A stretch of 64,000 bases of DNA. It comes from an uncultured Acidobacteriota bacterium. Its GTDB lineage: Bacteria > Acidobacteriota > Thermoanaerobaculia > Multivoradales > JAHEKO01. Where the stretch lies: assembly GCA_963713825.1 (NCBI GenBank), contig CAVQNG010000003.1, positions 640,001 to 704,000 on the forward strand. The letters run 5' to 3'. Numbering within the stretch: the stretch's first letter is position 1; each line of letters opens with the position of its first letter. The position numbers were made by a program, and so were the translations under genes. Below the pieces are notes generated by a model. It was not told where the DNA came from, made no database searches, and was given only the letters and a program-made list of their open reading frames with translations. Shown piece by piece: positions 59,860 through 64,000 of the stretch.

Positions 59860-60711
59860 TTACTGCGAGAACGGCCCCACAAGCTGCAGCGTCATTCGAC
59901 GCACGACCTGAGCGAGAGCGAAGCGACGGTACTCGGCGGTTGACCGCACGTCGTCAATGGGCCTGACAGCTTGCGCTGCCAGATGGCCGGCGAGGTCGGC
60001 GACTTCCGTCTTCGCGGTCCTGCCCACCATCGCCTCTTCGACCTCGGTCAACCGAACGGGAGTCTCCGCAACGCTGCCGGCCGCCAGCCGATACTCGGCA
60101 ATCACGCCTTCGCTGACGCTGGCCAGCAGGGCCACCACGACTTTGCTGATCGCCTGCGCTTCCCGCGTTCCCACCTTACGAAAGAACTGTGTCGCCCCGG
60201 CTGGGGGCTGCGGCAGTTCGACCCAACCGATGATCTCTCCGGGAGCTAGCGCGGTCTGCCGATACCCGAGATGAAAATTGCGATAGGGCACGGTGCGCCT
60301 GCCCTCTGGACCCACGAGGACGACCTGGGCATCCAGGACCAACAGCACCGGCAGTGAGTCTCCGGCCGGGCTGGCGTTGGCCATGTTGCCACCGAGACTG
60401 GCCCGGTTCTGGATCTGCCAACCGCCGATTCTGGACGCTGCCTCTGCCAGCGCCGGAAAGCTCTGTCGCACCTCTGGAGAATCACGGATTTCTGAGAAAG
60501 GAGTGACGGCTCCGATCTCCAGCACCCCGTTCCGCCATCGAATACCGCGCAGCTCCGCGATCCCCTGCAGGTCGACGACTCCCGGCAATTCGAGTCGCTC
60601 TTCCGGCTCGCTGACCATGAGATCCGTACAGCCTGCCAGCGGGCGAAGATTCGGCTGCTCCGCCAGCCGTTCCAGAGCCTCGTCCAGCGATCTCGGGGCA
60701 AAGGCCTTCAC
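59860..60711 (-). CDS. Xanthine dehydrogenase family FAD-binding subunit
   Basis: PRSLDEAL, LAGCTDL, QIQNRASLGGNMANASPAGD, PIDDVRSTAEYR. Confidence 0.92.
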   Translation of the reverse strand: MKAFAPRSLDEALERLAEQPNLRPLAGCTDLMVSEPEERLELPGVVDLQGIAELRGIRWRNGVLEIGAVTPFSEIRDSPEVRQSFPALAEAASRIGGWQIQNRASLGGNMANASPAGDSLPVLLVLDAQVVLVGPEGRRTVPYRNFHLGYRQTALAPGEIIGWVELPQPPAGATQFFRKVGTREAQAISKVVVALLASVSEGVIAEYRLAAGSVAETPVRLTEVEEAMVGRTAKTEVADLAGHLAAQAVRPIDDVRSTAEYRRFALAQVVRRMTLQLVGPFSQ

Positions 60712-61166
60712 TCTTCGTCCTCCGTCTCACGCGCGAAGGCCCGATGGATCCCTTCGTAGCCCGTGCACCGACAGAGATTCCCCGCCAGTGCCGCCTGCAC
60801 TTCCTGCCGGCTGGGATCAGGATTGTCGCGTAGCAGTGCCCATGCCGTGACAATGATGCCCGGGGTGCAAGCACCACACTGCACACCACCGTCGCTGACG
60901 AAGCCTTCGAGAAAGGCTTGGGCCTCGGGCGCAGCAAGACCCTCCACCGTTTCGATCGTCGCCTCGGCGCACTGGATCCGGGGGATGAGGCAGGAGAGCA
61001 CCGGTTCGCCGTTCATCAGCACCGTGCACGCCCCGCACTCGCCCTCGCCACAACCCTCCTTGGTGCCGATCAGATCGAGCTCGTCTCGTAGGATGTCCAA
61101 AAGACGTGCCATGGGGTGGCCCTCGACGACGATCGCCTCACCATTGACGACAAGCTCGGTCTTCAT
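60708..61166 (-). CDS. Xanthine dehydrogenase family 2Fe-2S subunit
   Basis: GTKEGCGEGECGACTV, QCGACTPG, GNLCRCTGY. Confidence 0.94.
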   Translation of the reverse strand: MKTELVVNGEAIVVEGHPMARLLDILRDELDLIGTKEGCGEGECGACTVLMNGEPVLSCLIPRIQCAEATIETVEGLAAPEAQAFLEGFVSDGGVQCGACTPGIIVTAWALLRDNPDPSRQEVQAALAGNLCRCTGYEGIHRAFARETEDEE

Positions 61167-63466
61167 CGTCCTTGCCCTCTGCCACTTTCCGGATCCTCGG
61201 GAGGAGCGGACACCCGCCGCCGGGCCGACGATAGGGCGAGTAGACGCTCTGGCGTGGCCGGTATCGCGTCGACCTCGATACCCGTGGCGTTCTCGACCGC
61301 CGAAACGGCCGCTGGAGCACCACCGTCCATCGGCAATTCACCCACGCCTTTGGCCCCGAAAGCACCACCTTTCCAGGGCTTCTCCAACAGAAATACCTCC
61401 ATCTCGGGGCTGTCCCTGATGGTGGGGATGATGTAGGTGGCGAGCCGGTCGTTCAGATAGCGCCCCTGCTCCAACTTGACCTCCTCCAGCAGCCCCCACG
61501 CCACGGCCTGCAGGGTGCCGCCCTCGACCTGGCCGACGCAGAGCTTTTCGTGCAGAACGCGCCCGACTTCGCAGACGGCGGTGACCTTCTTTGGGCGCAC
61601 CTCGAGGGTGTCAGGGTCCACCTCGACTTCCACCACGTCGGCCCCGAATGCGTAAGTCGGATAGGCAACCCCCTGGTAGGTCTCCTCGTCGAAGACCTGC
61701 CACTCTGGAGGCTCATGGCGGCGCGATACGACCAGGGGCTCCATCGCCTCGGCATAGCACTTTGCGACTTCTCGGAACGACCAGCTCCTGCCGCTCTCGC
61801 TATGCACAACGCCGTCCTCGACGGCGGGAATCGATCCCTCGTTCTGACGGTCGGACCACCAGGCCAGAACGCGATCCCGAACTTCGCTCACCACGAAAGC
61901 GACCTCGCTACCCACCACCATCGAAGTGCGCGACGCGACGCTGGGACCGGAATCGGGGACCCTGGAGGTATCCGGAGGTGCCAACACCACATCGTGCACG
62001 CTCAGACCGCTGGCCTCGGCTGCCATCATCGGAAAGACCGTGTCACAGCCCTGTCCCATCTCCACCGCTGCCGTGCGCACCTCGACCCTTCCATCCTCGA
62101 GCAGGGCACCCTCGATGACCGACTGCAGAACCCGTTCGCCGTTGCCGGTAAATCCTGCACCATGGAAATAGAGGCTCAAGCCCACACCCGGCGACGGTTC
62201 ACCATCGCGGTGGGTCGCGCGTTGCGCTTCGAGATGCTGCCAACGCTGCTGGAAATCGGTCTCCCGAGCTGCTTTCTCGAGACAGAGACGAGCCGAGCAG
62301 CTCTCATCCATCCTCTGACCCGTCGGCAGCCTGTCGCCTTCCTCCAGCACGTTTCGGAGCCGGATCTCCAGTGGGTCGAGGCCCAGGCGCCGGCCGATCC
62401 GGTCCATCTGTCGCTCGGCGGCGAACTGCACCTGGGGGGCTCCGAAACCGCGAAAGGCGCCGTTGGGTGGTGTGTTCGTGCGCAGCACTTTGCCCCGAAT
62501 GTGGACGTTAGGGCACCGATAGGGGCCGACGGCGTGCAGCACGGCTCGTGAAAGGACCACCGGGGAGAGGGTTCTGAAGGCCCCTCCATCCAGCAGTACA
62601 TCGATCTCCATGGCCCGCAGGCGGCCTGCGGAATCGACCGCGGCTCGATGGGTCACCATCGAAGGGTGCCGTTTGGTCGTGCCCACGATGTCTTCATGGC
62701 GGTCGTAGGCGATACGAACAGGGTTACCGCATGCCTTCGCGAGGAGCGCCGCGTGCAGGGCGATGACGCTCGGGAAATCCTCCTTGCCTCCGAAGCCGCC
62801 GCCAACCGGTGTCGCCTTGACGACGACCCTGTCGGCTGCCAACCGCAGGGCGTGGACGAGCGAACGATGCACGAAGTAGGGGCACTGCATGGAGCCCTCT
62901 GCGATCAGGGTTCCATCGGCCTCCCACCAGGCACTCATGACCTGGCACTCGATATAGATGTGCTCCTGGTGCCCCGTGCGATAGGTGCCCTCCACCAAGA
63001 GGTGTGCCTTTGCAAGCTCCTTCCCGGCATTGCCACTCTCGAGCTCCAGGCTGTAGAGGGGCTCCTGTCGGCCCGCGGCCGAGAAATCCAAAACGGGCTC
63101 GATGGGCTCGTAGTCCACCTCGATGGCGGCCAGTGCCTGGCGGGCGGCCAGTCGCGTCGGTGCTGCCACGACCGCTACAGGCTCTCCTACGTGTTGGACG
63201 AGGTCCGCCGCCAGCACGGGCCATTCATCATCGAGGAGCTGTACGCCGTTCGGTCCAGGCAGATCGCCGGCGGTGACACAGACGGCTCCAGTCGGGGCTC
63301 GCTCGGGGTGCCACCGCAGTCGGCGAATACGCGCATGGGGATGCGGGCTTCGCAGTGTGGCGCCGTGCCACATGCCCGCTGCGGGCAGATCGTTGGCGTA
63401 GCGCAGGGTCCCACCCACCTTCGAGGCGCCGTCGGGGCGGGGTGGGCTCGAACCGAGAGTGCTCAC
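61163..63466 (-). CDS. Xanthine dehydrogenase family molybdopterin-binding subunit
   Basis: RSPHPHA, QEHIYIE, GGGFGGK, AFRGFGAPQ, EMGQG, VASRT, GQVEGG, AKGVGE. Confidence 0.94.
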   Translation of the reverse strand: MSTLGSSPPRPDGASKVGGTLRYANDLPAAGMWHGATLRSPHPHARIRRLRWHPERAPTGAVCVTAGDLPGPNGVQLLDDEWPVLAADLVQHVGEPVAVVAAPTRLAARQALAAIEVDYEPIEPVLDFSAAGRQEPLYSLELESGNAGKELAKAHLLVEGTYRTGHQEHIYIECQVMSAWWEADGTLIAEGSMQCPYFVHRSLVHALRLAADRVVVKATPVGGGFGGKEDFPSVIALHAALLAKACGNPVRIAYDRHEDIVGTTKRHPSMVTHRAAVDSAGRLRAMEIDVLLDGGAFRTLSPVVLSRAVLHAVGPYRCPNVHIRGKVLRTNTPPNGAFRGFGAPQVQFAAERQMDRIGRRLGLDPLEIRLRNVLEEGDRLPTGQRMDESCSARLCLEKAARETDFQQRWQHLEAQRATHRDGEPSPGVGLSLYFHGAGFTGNGERVLQSVIEGALLEDGRVEVRTAAVEMGQGCDTVFPMMAAEASGLSVHDVVLAPPDTSRVPDSGPSVASRTSMVVGSEVAFVVSEVRDRVLAWWSDRQNEGSIPAVEDGVVHSESGRSWSFREVAKCYAEAMEPLVVSRRHEPPEWQVFDEETYQGVAYPTYAFGADVVEVEVDPDTLEVRPKKVTAVCEVGRVLHEKLCVGQVEGGTLQAVAWGLLEEVKLEQGRYLNDRLATYIIPTIRDSPEMEVFLLEKPWKGGAFGAKGVGELPMDGGAPAAVSAVENATGIEVDAIPATPERLLALSSARRRVSAPPEDPESGRGQGR

Positions 63467-64000
63467 GCCGCCAGGCTCCTGGCAAGATACCGCCCGGCGC
63501 CACGCTCTACCGCCAAGTCACCATCCTGGAATTGGATGCGCCCCGCGGCGATTACGGCTGAAGGCAGACCGGTGACGCTAAAGCCTTCGAAGATGCTGCG
63601 ATCGCAGCGCTGGTGGTGCGTGGCGGCTGAAATAACGCCGGTCGCCTCCGGATCCCATACAACCAGGTCCGCGTCGGCGCCGACCGAGATCGAGCCCTTG
63701 CGCGGATAGAGGCCGAAGAGCTGAGCGGGACGGGTAGAGACCAGGTCCACGAACTGCTGCAGTCCGATACGTCCTTGCCTCACACCATAGGAGTAGAGCA
63801 ATGCCAAGCGGTGCTCGACACCTGCGGCGCCTCCCGGGATCTGTCGAAAGTCGTTGCGACCCAGGTCCTTCTGCCCCTTCAGATTGAAGGGACAATGGTC
63901 GGTGCCCACGACTTGGAGAGCTCCGGTCCGCAAGGCCTCCCAGAGAGCTTGCTGATGCTCAGCCGATCGAATCGGCGGCGCGATGACGTAGGCGGCTGCC
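63463..64000 (-). CDS. hydA: Dihydropyrimidinase / D-hydantoinase (3' part; gene starts beyond the window)
   Basis: YVIAPPIR, VGTDHCPF, IPGGAAGVEHR, FGLYPRKG, GADADLVVWDP, SIFEG. Confidence 0.88.
   Translation of the reverse strand, partial: AAAYVIAPPIRSAEHQQALWEALRTGALQVVGTDHCPFNLKGQKDLGRNDFRQIPGGAAGVEHRLALLYSYGVRQGRIGLQQFVDLVSTRPAQLFGLYPRKGSISVGADADLVVWDPEATGVISAATHHQRCDRSIFEGFSVTGLPSAVIAAGRIQFQDGDLAVERGAGRYLARSLAA

Overview
GC-rich bacterial window, probably Acidobacteriota (Thermoanaerobaculia-like). This is inferred from an acidobacterial VWA-type protein and two secreted proteins ending in F-A-D-x-F-E-S-G. The left arm (0-26 kb) carries an 11-repeat surface protein, a polyferredoxin, a membrane protein/wHTH/uppS trio, a complete archaeal-type gatE-gatD (Glu-tRNA(Gln) amidotransferase) operon, peptidases, a HupE/UreJ-PPIase pair and a Zn-ribbon RNase HI. 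The middle (26-40 kb) is a decayed accessory island with intact, frameshifted and relic arylsulfatases, a DUF3604 relic, two porin-like genes and a vapBC module. It also holds a 3' half of tRNA-Leu(TAA) flanked by 35-bp direct repeats (attP-like) beside a plasmid RepA, plus IS1380/IS6/IS3 debris. The right arm has cls, an alpha carbonic anhydrase, kefF/kefC-like genes, a DUF3179 gene with an in-frame TGA and fdhF-like SECIS (probable selenoprotein), an FG-GAP protein, a DASS transporter, a membrane-anchored DtxR-FeoA-FeoA plus feoB with a palindromic operator, and a xanthine-dehydrogenase-like trio with a dihydropyrimidinase. Many single-base frameshifts cluster at 33-48.6 kb, even in housekeeping-type genes, so some pseudogene calls may be sequencing indels. 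All family assignments come from motif recognition; no searches were run.
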